Of a stretch of DNA of 64,000 bases, positions 11,221-22,703 are shown piece by piece (the first letter of the stretch is position 1; each line of letters begins with the position of its first letter). This DNA is from Nitrospirota bacterium (GTDB taxonomy: Bacteria; Nitrospirota; UBA9217). The stretch covers positions 32,001-96,000 of the forward strand of contig CAVUHW010000013.1 of NCBI GenBank assembly GCA_963741205.1, read 5' to 3'. Under the pieces are notes generated by a model. It was given only the letters and a program-made list of their open reading frames with translations, was not told the origin of the DNA and made no database searches. The position numbers and the translations under genes were made by a program.

Positions 11221-11794
11221 AAGCATTCGGGATAACCGCCTGCTGATCGCCGTCATCATCGGCATCGTTCTCGTCGTTGCAGGAGGATTTTACTTCTGGA
11301 TGCGCATGAACACCGCCGATGCAGCCGGAAATCGGCGGAGCAGGGCGCCACTTCGCTGATCCAGCCTGCCTTCCGCAACGAGCCGCTCGCCGTGACGCTC
11401 TACTATCCCCTGGAGGGCATGCTTGTTGCCGGGACGGCACCGGTAAAACGGCAGCCGGACACGCAGGCGCAGGCGCGGGAAACACTCGTTGCCGTGCTTC
11501 AGGACCGGCGGGCCGCGCAGGCCCCCGTGCTCAGGGACATCAAGCTTCGGGCATTCTATCTCGATGCGCAGGGAACGGCCTACATCGACCTCACGCCGGG
11601 CGAGTTGTCCGTCCGGGCATCGGCGTGGGATGAACAGCTTGCCGTCTATGCGCTCGTGAACACGCTCATGCAGAATTTCGAGGAGATCAAGCAGGTCGCG
11701 TTTCTCGTTGACGGCACGGGACGCCCAGACCCTCGCGGGGCACATGGACCTGTCCCGGAAGTACGTGAAGAGAATGGACCTGGTAAGGCAGTAG
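11201..11794 (+). CDS. GerMN-domain membrane protein (frameshifted)
   Basis: N-terminal TM helix; GTAYIDL, EQLAVYALVNTL, VAFLVDG, TLAGHMDLS; typical amidase-GerMN-murI order. Confidence 0.8.
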
Positions 11795-11804
11795 AACCGG
11801 TTAC

Positions 11805-11876
11805 GGGTTGCGAGAGGCGGGTTGCAGGTCTGATCGGGTTTAACCCGGATACCTGCTAACTCGCAACTGCGCAACT
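11805..11876. repeat. Heptamer inverted-repeat element
   Basis: GGGTTGC-GAGAGGC-GGGTTGC left arm; ACTCGCA-ACTGCGCAACT right arm. Confidence 0.6.
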
Positions 11877-11889
11877 ATTATTTTATCTC

Positions 11890-12693
11890 ATGCAAAAAGC
11901 CATCGGCATATTCGACTCCGGCATCGGCGGGCTCACGGTGCTCAAGGAGATCGTCGCGACGCTGCCCGACGAGAACATCATCTATCTCGGTGACACGGCG
12001 CGGGTCCCTTACGGCATCCGCTCGGCCGAGACGGTGACGCGCTACAGCTTCGAGAACACGCAGTTCCTGCTCGCGCAGGAGATCAAACTGCTCGTCGTCG
12101 CCTGCAACACGGCGTCGGCCATCAGCCTCGAGGCGGTGAAGAAGGAGTATCCGCTGCCGGTCATCGGCGTGCTGGAGCCCGGCGCTCGCGCCGCCGCGGC
12201 CGCGACAAGGACGCGGAAGGTCGGCGTCATCGGCACCGAGGCAACGATCGCGAGCGGCGCCTACGAGAAGGCGATCAGGAGGATCGCCCCCGGCGTGGAG
12301 GTCGTCAGCCTGGCCTGTCCGCTCTTCGTCTCCCTCGCGGAGGAAGGGTGGACGGACAACGACGTGGCCCGGCTCGTGGCTGAAAAATATCTTTCGCCGC
12401 TCCGCGGCTCGGGCATCGATACGCTGGTATTGGGCTGCACCCACTATCCCCTGCTCAAGCCGGTCATCAGCAGGGCCGTCGGGCCGGGGATTACCCTTAT
12501 CGATTCGGCGACCGAGACCGCCAAGGAAGTGGCGGGCGTGCTGGAGAAGCTCAAGTGGCGGGGGAACGGGAAGGGCGAGGGGGTGCGCAAATTCTACGTG
12601 ACCGACACGCCGGCGCGCTTCGAAAAGATCGGAAAGCGTTTCCTCGGCGAATCGCTCCTGCGCGCCGAACAGGTGAGGGTCGGGGGAGTGTAG
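11890..12693 (+). CDS. murI: Glutamate racemase
   Basis: FDSGIGGLTV, PYG, VACNTAS, LGCTHYP. Confidence 0.97.
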   Translation: MQKAIGIFDSGIGGLTVLKEIVATLPDENIIYLGDTARVPYGIRSAETVTRYSFENTQFLLAQEIKLLVVACNTASAISLEAVKKEYPLPVIGVLEPGARAAAAATRTRKVGVIGTEATIASGAYEKAIRRIAPGVEVVSLACPLFVSLAEEGWTDNDVARLVAEKYLSPLRGSGIDTLVLGCTHYPLLKPVISRAVGPGITLIDSATETAKEVAGVLEKLKWRGNGKGEGVRKFYVTDTPARFEKIGKRFLGESLLRAEQVRVGGV

Positions 12694-12731
12694 CGGGGAT
12701 GCGTCTTACGGTTACGCACCGCTCATCGTTC

Positions 12732-12810
12732 GTCATCCCCGAATGTATCTATCGGATCCATTTTGAACCGAATTAATTGGATTCCCGCTCATAAACGTTG
12801 CGGGAATGAC
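12732..12810. repeat. GTCAT...ATGAC REP-like repeat, copy 2
   Basis: GTCATCCCCGAA...TCGGATCCATTTTGAA...GGATTCCCGC...GCGGGAATGAC. Confidence 0.75.
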
Positions 12811-12874
12811 ATTTTGTAATGTTGTTATTGTGTCGAACTGTGAATCGCCGCGAAGCGGCGCCGAGGTCGTTCTC

Positions 12875-13530
12875 ATGAAAAAAGAATGCGAAGAGACAAG
12901 AAAGGCCCTCCCGAAGTATCTGCACGGACACGTTTTCAGGGCCGAGCGGGGCAGGATTGAGAGGCACCTGGGCCAGTGCGTGATCTGCAGGTCGGAATTC
13001 GAAGCGCTCAGGCGGACCGAGGAAACCCTGCAGATCCTGAGGGACATCAACGCGTCCGGGGGCGTTGTGGGCAGGGTCAAGGACGGCGTCTCCGCGCTCG
13101 GCAAGATCAAGAAACTTTTTTACCATCCGTTCTGGATCGCGGGGATCGCGCTGGTCGCGGCGGCCGCCATCTATTACCTCATGACGCCGCGGCAACTCGC
13201 TCTCGAGATTGACAGCATAGTCAAGACGGAACCGACGACGTCGGCTCCACGGTACGGCAACCGCCGTCTCGATGCGCCCAACAGCCCCGGCGAGCGTATC
13301 CACGACTAGCGGCTGACCGTCGGGCAGCCCCTGCCCGAAGCTTCAGTCGTTAAGCCGAAGGCAACGCGTCGACTTCCGGCTAAGAAGCCGTCCGCTCCAC
13401 GACGTGCGAAGCAACTACCGAAGGCGCCGGCCGAGGCCGCGTGCTTCCTGCCTCGACCTTCGCCGGAACCTGCGCCGGGAACATGGAGCTCCAGCAGGGC
13501 ACGCCGCTGGCTCGCGGATTCGCGAAATAG
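12875..13530 (+). CDS. zf-HC2 (anti-sigma-like) membrane protein; C-terminus frameshifted, end approximate
   Basis: C...HLGQCVIC (HxxxCxxC), TM helix, Pro/Ala-rich tail continuing in shifted frames past 13309. Confidence 0.65.
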
Positions 13531-13583
13531 CACACTGAAGGCAGTCCGACCGAAAATAATCCGCGAGAACGGACTACACGATC

Positions 13584-14940
13584 ATGTCCCTCGACACAGT
13601 CATACCGGGAAACCATCGATTATCTCTTCGGGCTGCAGAAACACGGCATCAAGCTGGCCCTGTCCAACAGTTTCCGGCTCATGGAGCTCATGGGCGGCCC
13701 CCAGAGGAAATTCAGGACCGTTCATGTCGCGGGCACGAACGGCAAGGGATCGACGGCGGTGTTCATCGCGAATATGCTCATGGCCGCAGGATACCGGGTC
13801 GGCCTGTATACGTCGCCTCATCTCGTAAGCTTTACGGAGCGGATCAGGGTGGGTGGAGAGCCGATTCCCGAGGCGCGGGTCGTTGAGCTGGCGAGGCGGG
13901 TCCGTGAGGGGTATCGCGACAGTCACCGCGACGGACGGGTCCGGCGTCATGAGCCCCACGTTCTTCGAAGTGACGACGGCCGTCGCGTTCAGCTACTTCG
14001 CCGAAGAAGGCGTGGACATCGCCGTGATCGAAGTGGGCATGGGCGGCCGGCTCGACTCGACGAACGTGATCACGCCGCTCGTTTCGGTCATCACCAACAT
14101 CGATATCGAGCATACCGAGTATCCTGGGCGGTACCCTGGAACAGATTGCAGGTGAGAAAGCGGGCATCATCAAGCCCGGCGTGCCGGTGATCACCGGGGT
14201 AATACAGCCGGAGGCGAGGGCGTGATCGAGCGGGAAGCAGCGGCGAAGGGATCCCCTGTCTTTCGTCTGGCGAGAAGAATTTCGGCCTGAGAACGTCGTC
14301 CCCGGCCGGGAACAGGTCTTCGATTACCGCGGTATGAAAGCGGCCTACCGGGGCCTGCGTGTGCGGATGCTGGGCCGTCACCAGGTGGACAACGCCAGTC
14401 TTGCGCTGGCCGCTCTCGAGTGCCTCGGCGAAGCGGGCGTCGCCGTTGACGAGACCGCGATCACGGCGCGGACTCGAACAGGCGCAGTGGGAAGGGCGCA
14501 TGGAGCGCGTCGCGCAGTGTCCCGATATTTATCTGGACGGCGCGCATAACCCGGCGTCGGCAAGAAAGCTTGCCGAGACCATCCGGGCGCTTTTGCCCAG
14601 CGTACCGGAAGCTGGCGCTGGTCATCGGCATCCTCGGCGACAAGGATTTCAGCGGCATCGTCAGGGAGATCGTTCCCCTGGCGGACCGCGTGGTGGTGAC
14701 CCGGCCGCAGTATGCCCGCGCATTGGACGTCCAGACGCTCGCCGCGGAGGTCCGGAAACTGCACGGCGCTGTGAGCGCGGCTGAGACTGTCGGCGAGGCG
14801 ATCCATCAGGCCCGGGAGGAAGCGTCGCCTGAAGACTTGATTCTGGTTACCGGATCGCTCTACGTGGTCGGCGACGCCCGGGCGCTTCTGGTCGCCCGCG
14901 CCGGCCAGGACGGGGAACTCACACAGGCCTTAAGGGATGA
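13584..14940 (+). CDS. folC: Folylpolyglutamate/dihydrofolate synthase (frameshifted)
   Basis: [57 protein letters not shown]. Confidence 0.92.
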
Positions 14941-15125
14941 GGTTTCGGAAATGCGGACTATCCCTCACCCTACCCTAAGGAGAGGTGGCAGGGTGAGGAG
15001 CATGCAGTTCGCGGATTTCACCCTCACTCGCGCGAAGCGCACCCTGCCTTCGCGCTACGCACTCATAAACGCTGGCCGCAGGCCCATAACCGCTGGATGC
15101 AGGCGAATTGTGGATTGCGGAGTGA
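14941..15125. repeat. Composite spacer: heptamer arms, CCCTCACCC hairpin and ~45-bp GCACCCTGC element
   Basis: TTTCGGAAATGCGG; CCCTCACCCT...AGGGTGAGG; CGCACCCTGCCTTCGCG..CACTCATAAACGCTGGCCGCAG; AATTGTGGATTGCGG. Confidence 0.6.
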
Positions 15126-15146
15126 AAAGCTAAAGGGCTTGCACGG

Positions 15147-17190
15147 ATGACCATAACGCGCGGTACTGTATGCATACTCACCCTGGTTCTTTTTTTTGCC
15201 GGCCTCGTGGCCGGCCCGCCCCGGCGCGCCCTGGCAGAGACGCCCGCGAAAAAAATCCCCGTTTCCGTGACCGCGGACAAACTCGATTATGACCGGGCCA
15301 CTGACGTCTACATTGCCGTGGGACATGTGAAGATCGAACAGGAAGGCATCAAGCTGGAAGCGGAAAAGGTGGTGCTGGACAGCAAGACCGGAGTGGCAGA
15401 GGCGGAGGGGAACGTGTACCTCCAGGACAAGGGTGACGTTATTCATGCGGAGCGGCTGAAGATCAACCTGAACACCCGCGAAGGGGTCATCTATAAAGGC
15501 GACATGTTCATGCAGAAGGACAATTATCATCTCAGGGGGGACGTTATCGAACGGCGCTCGGAAACCGTGTATCATGTCGAGCACGGCGAGTTCACGACCT
15601 GCGATGAATCCGAATGGTACATCAAGGCGGATGAGATGGACATCGACATGACCCGCTACGCGACCGGCAAGGATGTGTCCTTTAAGTTGGCCGGGCTCCC
15701 TGTACTCTATACGCCTTACTTCCTCTTTCCCGTCCGCAGGCAGAGCGGCTTCCTGATCCCCATAGCGGGCTACAGCAGCAGAGACGGGGTCTAGTGTCGA
15801 AAATACCTTCTTCTGGGCAATGTCCGATTACCGGGACATGACGTTCTACTCCGATTACCGTGAGCGGACCGGACATGGCACCGGGATCGATTACCGATAC
15901 AACAACTCCCAGGAGTCCGCCGGGCAGGTCTCTACGAAATTCTGGGACATGTACCATACCGGCGAGTCGCGATGGGACTTCCGGCTTCAACACAAGGAAG
16001 AGTTCGCGGAGGACCTCTCGGCCCGCGCTGACATCAACCTCGTGAGCGACCAGAACTTTTATCACGACCTCGAAAAGAATCTCGTGGCGAGCTCCAAGCC
16101 ATACCTCGATTCGAACGCCTTCTATGTGGAGCGATGGAACGCTTCCTCGATCTATCTCCTGGGCCAGTACTCGACCGACCTCACCACGACCAATGAAAAT
16201 ACGGTCCAGAAACTTCCGGAGCTCCGGTACACGATCTTTGAGGAAACGCTTGCCGGACCCGTTCATCTCAACTTTGACGGATCTGCCATTAATTTTTATA
16301 AGCAGTCGGGAGACGGCGCCCGGCGCATGGACCTCAACCCGCAGCTGACCGCGGTGTTCGGCAGCGGCGGTCTCAGCTTATCGCCGCACGCGGGGGCCAG
16401 GGCCACCTTCTACGACCGGAGCGCCACCGGCGCTGAACCGGCAGAGCGTAAATTTTTTTATGCGGGCGCGGATATGAATATGAGGGTCTCGCGGGTGTAC
16501 GGCTCCGACAGCGGTGCCGGGATCGGGCGGGTGCGTCATTCGATCGAACCGACGATTTCCTATACTTACATCCCTCACATCGATCAGGGGAACATCCCCG
16601 TGTTCGATTCCGTGGACACCGTTGCCGCGCAGAACCTGACGACTTTTTCGATCATCAACCGTTTGACGGCGCACTACCGGGCAGCGAAGGACTCCACCGC
16701 GTTTTCGACCTTCGACGTCATGGTCTTCAAGCTCTCCCAGTCTTATGACCTGAACGTGAAGGAGGATATCCCCGGCGCCGCCCGCCGGCGTTCCCCGGTC
16801 CTGGGTGAGCTGTATGTGACTGCGCCCAAGGCGCCGACCCTGTCTGCCAGCGCCACCTATGATACGTACACCAGGGCCGTGGCCTCTCATTCCGTGGGGG
16901 TCTCTTACGCGGCGGGAATATACTCGGTGAACCTCAGTGAACAATTCCTCAAGGTTCCCGAGATACGGTCCCTGATCGGGGGGGGGACACTGATACTCGG
17001 TAAGTGGACCCTGGGCGGACAGTGGACTCGCGATGAGGTGAACAACACGACGCAACAGGAGGATTACTCGCTCCACTATGCAGCGCAATGCTGGGGGATC
17101 AGAGGGACCTATACCGTGAGGCCCGGGGAATACCGGTATATGGTCATGCTGGACCTCAAGGGCATCGGGAGCCGGGGCTCCACCAAGTAG
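15147..17190 (+). CDS. lptD: LPS assembly outer-membrane protein LptD (frameshift near 15790)
   Basis: OstA-like N-domain (ADKLDYD), FTTC, PVLYTPY, RQSGFLIP, QKLPEL, RHSIEP, terminal QCW...LKGIG. Confidence 0.9.
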
Positions 17191-17208
17191 CGGTAGGGAG
17201 AGGTGTGA

Positions 17209-17529
17209 ATGGCCGAAGAAATTATCGTTCTCATCACCGCATCCTCGCAAGGCGAAGCGGAGAAGATCGGATCGGCACTCGTTGACGAGCACCTTGCCGG
17301 TTGCGTGAATATCGTACCCGGCATCCGCTCCCTGTTCTTCTGGGAAGGCAAGATGCAGGACGAGCAGGAGATCCTGCTGATCTGCAAGAGCAGACAGCCT
17401 CTCCTGGAAAAGATCATAACCAGGGTAAAGTCGCTCCACTCCTATGCCGTGCCCGAAGTCATCGCCCTGCCGGTAGTCGGCGGCTCAGGTGACTATCTCG
17501 GCTGGCTGAGGGACGCGACGAGGCAGTGA
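17209..17529 (+). CDS. cutA: Divalent-cation tolerance protein CutA
   Basis: LAGCVNI, SLFFWEGK, HSYAVPEVI. Confidence 0.95.
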   Translation: MAEEIIVLITASSQGEAEKIGSALVDEHLAGCVNIVPGIRSLFFWEGKMQDEQEILLICKSRQPLLEKIITRVKSLHSYAVPEVIALPVVGGSGDYLGWLRDATRQ

Positions 17530-17539
17530 ACCGCGGAGG

Positions 17540-17608
17540 GCATGGCGCAGAGCGCATCGCGTAACGCATCAAGATTTTACGCCATGCTCCATGCGCTATG
17601 CGCCATGC
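17540..17608. repeat. Heptamer inverted-repeat element
   Basis: GCATGGC-GCAGAGC-GCATCGC left; GCCATGC-TCCATGC-GCTATGC-GCCATGC right. Confidence 0.75.
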
Positions 17609-17614
17609 AGATGG

Positions 17615-17815
17615 GGCTACGGAGACGCCTTTCGAGGTCATGGTGGGCGCGGTACTTACCCAGAACACGGCGTGGTCCAACGTTGAGAAGGCCATAGCGA
17701 ACCTTAAACACGCACGGTTGATGACGCCCGTCGGCCTGGACCGCACAACGGTCGGCAAACTGGCGGAGCTTATCAGGCCGAGCGGCTACTTCAGATAGAA
17801 GTCAAAAAAATATTA
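17615..17815 (+). pseudogene. Truncated HhH-GPD / endonuclease III-related gene remnant
   Basis: ETPFEVMVGAVLTQNTAWSNVEKAIANL...IRPSGYFR* then KSKK; N- and C-terminal parts absent. Confidence 0.75.
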
Positions 17816-17820
17816 AAACG

Positions 17821-17850
17821 TTGACACTTAGACGGCCTTTATGCTAAGAT
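17821..17850 (+). promoter_or_regulatory. Sigma-70 promoter of M23 peptidase gene
   Basis: TTGACA-N18-TAAGAT with TG extension. Confidence 0.7.
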
Positions 17851-17886
17851 ATTACTTGGTTCCATGCGCCTTTTTCGGGAGAGGTT

Positions 17887-18822
17887 ATGAGACTTAACAA
17901 GTCCAGAAGGCTTAAGAAAAAAGAGTATTATACCTTTATGTTCCTGCCCGGTCCCAACGAGCGGGTGCGCTCCCTGAGCATTTCAAAATCGGTCCTCAAG
18001 ACGGCGTTGCTTTCACTGGCAGCCGTCGCCATGCTCTCCGTTTATTTCGTCTACGAATACAACGATGCAAAAGACAAGGCATGGGAACTGCAATCCGTCC
18101 GAGAGGAATTGATGCAGCAGAAAGCCCAGGTGCAGAGCTTTGCACTCAATCTCCTGGACTACCAGCGTCAGATGTTCCTGCTACGCGACCTTGACACCAA
18201 ACTCCGGCGGGTCGTGAGCCTCGGCCCCCGGGACCGTGCACAACAGGTGCTTGGAATCGGCGGGCCCGATGAACTGGGCCTTCAAAACCTTGCGACCATG
18301 GGCGAAAAGAAGCAGGAAGAGGCGCTCAAGGAAATGCATCAGGAACTTTCACAGTTGAAGGGCGCAGCCTCTCGCCAGGAAATCAGCCTCCAGATGCTGA
18401 TCGAGTATTTCGAGGACAAGCGTTCATTGTATGCGTCCACGCCGTCGGTGTGGCCCGTACGCGGCTGGATCACCTCGTCATTCGGCAACAGGAACTCGCC
18501 ATTCAGCGGGATCATGAAGTTCCACGAGGGGATCGATATCGCTGCACAGACCGGGACGCCGGTGATGGCGCCAGCGGACGGGGTCGTGGTCAAGGCGGGT
18601 TTCAGCAGCGGATACGGCAACATGGTCGAGCTCAGCCATGGATACGGCATCAAAACGGTGTTCGCGCACAATTCCCGGATCAATGTGAAGGCTGGACAGC
18701 GGATCACACGCGGTGATGTCATTTCCTATGTGGGGGATTCCGGATCGAGCACGGGACCGCACCTCCATTATGAAGTGCGGTTGAACGGTTTGCCGGTAAA
18801 TCCCCTCAAATACATGAATTAA
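17887..18822 (+). CDS. M23 family metallopeptidase with TM anchor and coiled coil
   Basis: HEGID, GYGN, STGPHLHYEV. Confidence 0.93.
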   Translation: MRLNKSRRLKKKEYYTFMFLPGPNERVRSLSISKSVLKTALLSLAAVAMLSVYFVYEYNDAKDKAWELQSVREELMQQKAQVQSFALNLLDYQRQMFLLRDLDTKLRRVVSLGPRDRAQQVLGIGGPDELGLQNLATMGEKKQEEALKEMHQELSQLKGAASRQEISLQMLIEYFEDKRSLYASTPSVWPVRGWITSSFGNRNSPFSGIMKFHEGIDIAAQTGTPVMAPADGVVVKAGFSSGYGNMVELSHGYGIKTVFAHNSRINVKAGQRITRGDVISYVGDSGSSTGPHLHYEVRLNGLPVNPLKYMN

Positions 18823-19022
18823 GAGGTTCAACCACGTAAATGCCTCCTCATCTGGACGGCATCTTCTCTTCTCCACATAACACGGCTCAATCCATGGTTG
18901 ACCGGGGAAATGAGCATGGGGGATACGAATGAGGCTCTTTCCCTTTGTGTTAAAACCGTTTCCGTCCTCTGGTTTCCTGAGCGTCAGCCGTCGGCGGAAA
19001 CAAGCAAGGAGGAGTAAGTTTT

Positions 19023-19229
19023 ATGTCAATGGGGAAAGTAAAATGGTTTAACGAGTCCAAGGGGTATGGTTTTATTGAGCCGGAGGAAGGCGGACGCGAC
19101 GTGTTCGTGCATTATTCGGCGATCCAGGGAGAGGGCTATAAGACCCTCTCCGAGGGGCAGACTGTAGAGTTTGAAATTATTCAGGGAGAAAAAGGCCCCC
19201 AGGCATCCAACGTGTCGAAAAATACTTAG
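19023..19229 (+). CDS. Cold-shock protein
   Basis: [31 protein letters not shown]; GGAGG RBS. Confidence 0.97.
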   Translation: MSMGKVKWFNESKGYGFIEPEEGGRDVFVHYSAIQGEGYKTLSEGQTVEFEIIQGEKGPQASNVSKNT

Positions 19230-19280
19230 GAAGCCGGATCGGCGGAGTGCCGCAGGATCCGGTATAAGCGCATGATCGAG

Positions 19281-19315
19281 AGCCCCGAGGGACCCCCCCA
19301 TCTTCGGGGTTTATT
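19281..19315 (+). terminator. Possible intrinsic terminator between convergent csp and ArsR genes
   Basis: AGCCCCGAG...TTCGGGGTT hairpin followed by TATT. Confidence 0.45.
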
Positions 19316-19388
19316 CATTTCCGCTCCCCGCCCGCCGCATGCCGGGCGATCGCTGCTTTCGTCCCGGTGCGAGTTCAAGCGGTGCACG

Positions 19389-19735
19389 CTATGCCCCGGT
19401 CACCGTTTTTTTTCTGGCCGCGTGCTGCTCAAAGAGCACTTCTTTCATCAATGAGCATGCCTCGATGACCTTCGGATTGGATACACGGTAAAAGATATTG
19501 ACGCCTTCCCGCCTCGTCATTAGGATTCCCTTGTGGCGCATGACGGCGAGGTGCTGCGACACGTTTGCCTTGGAGGCCCCCAGTGCGGTTACCAGCTCCG
19601 TGACGGTTTTTTCTTCGTTTTTCAGGGCATTCAGAATCTCGATTCGCTTCGGGTTGGTGAGCGTCTTGCAGATTTCCGCCTGCATTTCGAACAGGGTTTT
19701 GTCAGGGCTTTGTCGGTGAGTGTCGTTGTCTTCAT
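19389..19735 (-). CDS. ArsR/SmtB family transcriptional regulator (probable 5' frameshift)
   Basis: KTLTNPKRIEIL, ANVSQHLAVMR, RREGVNIFY; ATG 19735 preceded by GAGG and TTGACA-N17-TAAAAA. Confidence 0.88.
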
Positions 19736-19944
19736 GCCTCTTTTTTACACGTAATGCGCTTTTTTGTCAAGAAATTAATCGTCGCTTCCAAGGACTCCAG
19801 ACCGCAGTTCATATCTCGACGTCCCGGACCGCTCCGTCTTCAACCGGGCTTGCAGGGGCCGGGATTATTTTCTTGAAATCCTCTGCAAAAATGATAATAT
19901 GAAAAAATTGTCGCGAAGATTTTCGCCTGGCGGAGAAATGTGAA

Positions 19945-22588
19945 ATGATCGGCACGATTCTGAAAAAAGTATTCGGCACGGCAAACGAGCGGGAACTGAA
20001 GCGCATCCAGTCTGCTGGTGGACGAGATAAACGCATTTGAGGCGGAGATCTCCGGCCTCCCGGACGCAGGGCTTGCGGGCCAAGACGGACGAGTTCAAGA
20101 AGCAGGCTCGAGGACGGCGAGACGCTCGACGATCTTCTCCCCGAGGCCTTTGCCGTGGTGCGCGAGGCGTCGAAACGGACCCTCGGCATGCGCCACTTCG
20201 ATGTCCAGCTCATCGGCGGCATCGTGCTTCACTCCGGCAAGATCGCGGAGATGAAGACCGGAGAAGGAAAGACCCTGGTGGCGACGCTGCCGGTCTACCT
20301 GAACGCGCTGACCGGCAACGGCGTGCACGTGGTCACGGTGAACGACTACCTCGCCCGGCGCGACGCCCAGTGGATGGGCCCGGTCTACCAGTTCCTCGGC
20401 CTCTCCGTGGGCGTCATCGTTCACGGTCTCACGGACGAAGAGCGGCAGGCGGCCTACGGCTCGGACGTGACCTACGGCACAAACAACGAGTTCGGCTTCG
20501 ACTATCTCCGCGACAACATGAAGTTCGACCTCAAGGACTATGTCCAGCGCGAGCTCAACTACGCCATCGTGGACGAAGTGGACTCGATCCTGATCGACGA
20601 GGCCAGGACCCCGCTCATCATCTCCGGTCCCGCGGAAGAGTCCACGGACAAGTATTACAAGATCAACCGCATCATCCCGAGCCTCAAGAAGGACGCCGAC
20701 TACACCATCGAGGAGAAGACCAAGACCGTGGCCCTGACCGAGGAGGGGAACGTCAAGGTGGAGCGGATGCTCGGCGCCGGCAACCTCTACGACCCCTCGA
20801 ACGTCGACCTCGTGCACCACGTGCACCAGGCCCTGAAGGCCCATGCCCTGTTCCACCGCGATGTGGACTACGTGGTCAAGGACGACCAGGTGATGATCGT
20901 GGACGAGTTCACGGGCAGGCTCATGCCGGGCAGGCGCTGGAGCGACGGACTGCACCAGGCCATCGAGGCCAAGGAAGGCGTCAAGATCGAGAACGAGAAC
21001 CAGACCCTGGCGTCGATCACGTTCCAGAACTACTTCCGGCTCTACAGCAAGCTCGCGGGCATGACCGGCACGGCCGAGACCGAGGCCGCGGAGTTCGCGA
21101 AGATCTACAACCTCGACGTGGTCATGATCCCCACCCACCAGCCCATGATCCGCATGGACAATCCCGACTTCATCTACAAGACCGAGCAGGCGAAGTTCAA
21201 CGCCGCCATCAGACGAGATCGAGGAACTGCACAAGAAGGGCCAGCCCGTGCTGGTCGGCACCATCTCGATCGTCAAGTCCGAGACCCTGGCGTCGACTGC
21301 TCAAGAAAAAGGGCATCAGGCACACGGTCCTGAACGCCAAGTACCACGAGATGGAGGCCGAGATCGTGGCCCAGGCAGGACGGTACAGCGCGGTCACGAT
21401 CGCCACGAACATGGCGGGCCGCGGCACCGACATCGTCCTCGGCGGCAACCCCGAAGGGCTCGCGCGCCAGGCGCTCAAGGCAAAGGAATATACGAAGGAA
21501 GAGTGGGACAAGACGCTCGAACAGTTCAAGACGCTCTGCGCCGAGGAAAAGGAAAAGGTCATCGCCGCGGGCGGGCTCCACATCCTGGGCACGGAGCGGC
21601 ATGAGTCGCGCCGGATCGACAACCAGCTCCGCGGCCGTTCGGGCCGCCAGGGAGACCCCGGCTCTTCGCGGTTCTATCTCTCGCTCGAGGACGACCTGCT
21701 TCGCATCTTCGGCTCCGACCGCATCTCGGGCCTCATGGGCAAGCTCGGCATGGAAGAGGACGTGCCCATCGAGCACCGCATGGTGTCGCGGGCCATCGAG
21801 AACGCGCAGAAGAAGGTGGAGACCCACAACTTCGAGATCCGCAAGCACATCCTCGAATACGACGACGTGATGAACCAGCAGCGGAAGGTCATCTACGAAC
21901 AGCGCCGCCAGATCCTGGCGGGCACGGACCTCAAGGAAGAGGTGCTCGGCCTGGCCGAGGACATGCTCGACGGCATGATCGGTTTCTACTGCCCCGAGGA
22001 CGCCTATTCCGAGACAGTGGGATATCACGGGCCTCAACGACGCGCTGGCGGCCAAGTTCTCCTTCCGCCTGGCCGGCATCGATCCGCATTCCCTTTCCCG
22101 CGACGAGTTCCGCGCAGAAGCTGTGGGAGGCGATCAAGCAGAGCTACGAGGACAAGGAGAAGGAGATCGGCCCCGAGCTCATGCGCCACCTCGAGAAGGT
22201 GTTCATGCTCCAGGCCGTGGACCACCAGTGGAAGGACCACCTCCTGGCCATGGACCATCTGAAGGAAGGCATCGGCCTCCGGGGCTACGGGCAGAAGGAC
22301 CCGCTCATCGAGTATAAAAAAGAAGGCTTCGACATGTTCGAGGAGATGAAGCTCCGCATCGTCGAAACGACGGTCGAGAACCTCTTCCGCATCAAGGTGG
22401 CCGCCAAGGAGCAGGGCGAGGAGATCGAGCGGAAACAGCGCCGCCAGATCGCGAACCTCAGCTTTGTCGGCGCCGGAGACGCGGCAGCGGCAAAGCCCGC
22501 GCCGGTGCATGCGGCGCAGAAGGTCGGCAGGAACGACCCCTGCCCCTGCGGGAGCGGGCTGAAGTACAAGAAGTGCCACGGGAAGTGA
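19945..22588 (+). CDS. secA: Preprotein translocase ATPase SecA (several frameshifts)
   Basis: [70 protein letters not shown]. Confidence 0.97.
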
Positions 22589-22600
22589 TTCATCATCATC

Positions 22601-22695
22601 AGAATTGCGGAATGCGGATTGTAGGAATGAGCTGAAGCATCGCGGGAATGGTCTTTCGTATTTTATCCGTGCCCATCCGTGTCCATCCGTGGTTA
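22601..22695. repeat. Heptamer arm plus nonamer tandem repeat after secA
   Basis: AATTGCG-GAATGCG-GATTG; ATCCGTGCC-CATCCGTGT-CCATCCGTGG. Confidence 0.6.
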
Positions 22696-22703
22696 AACAG
22701 TCT

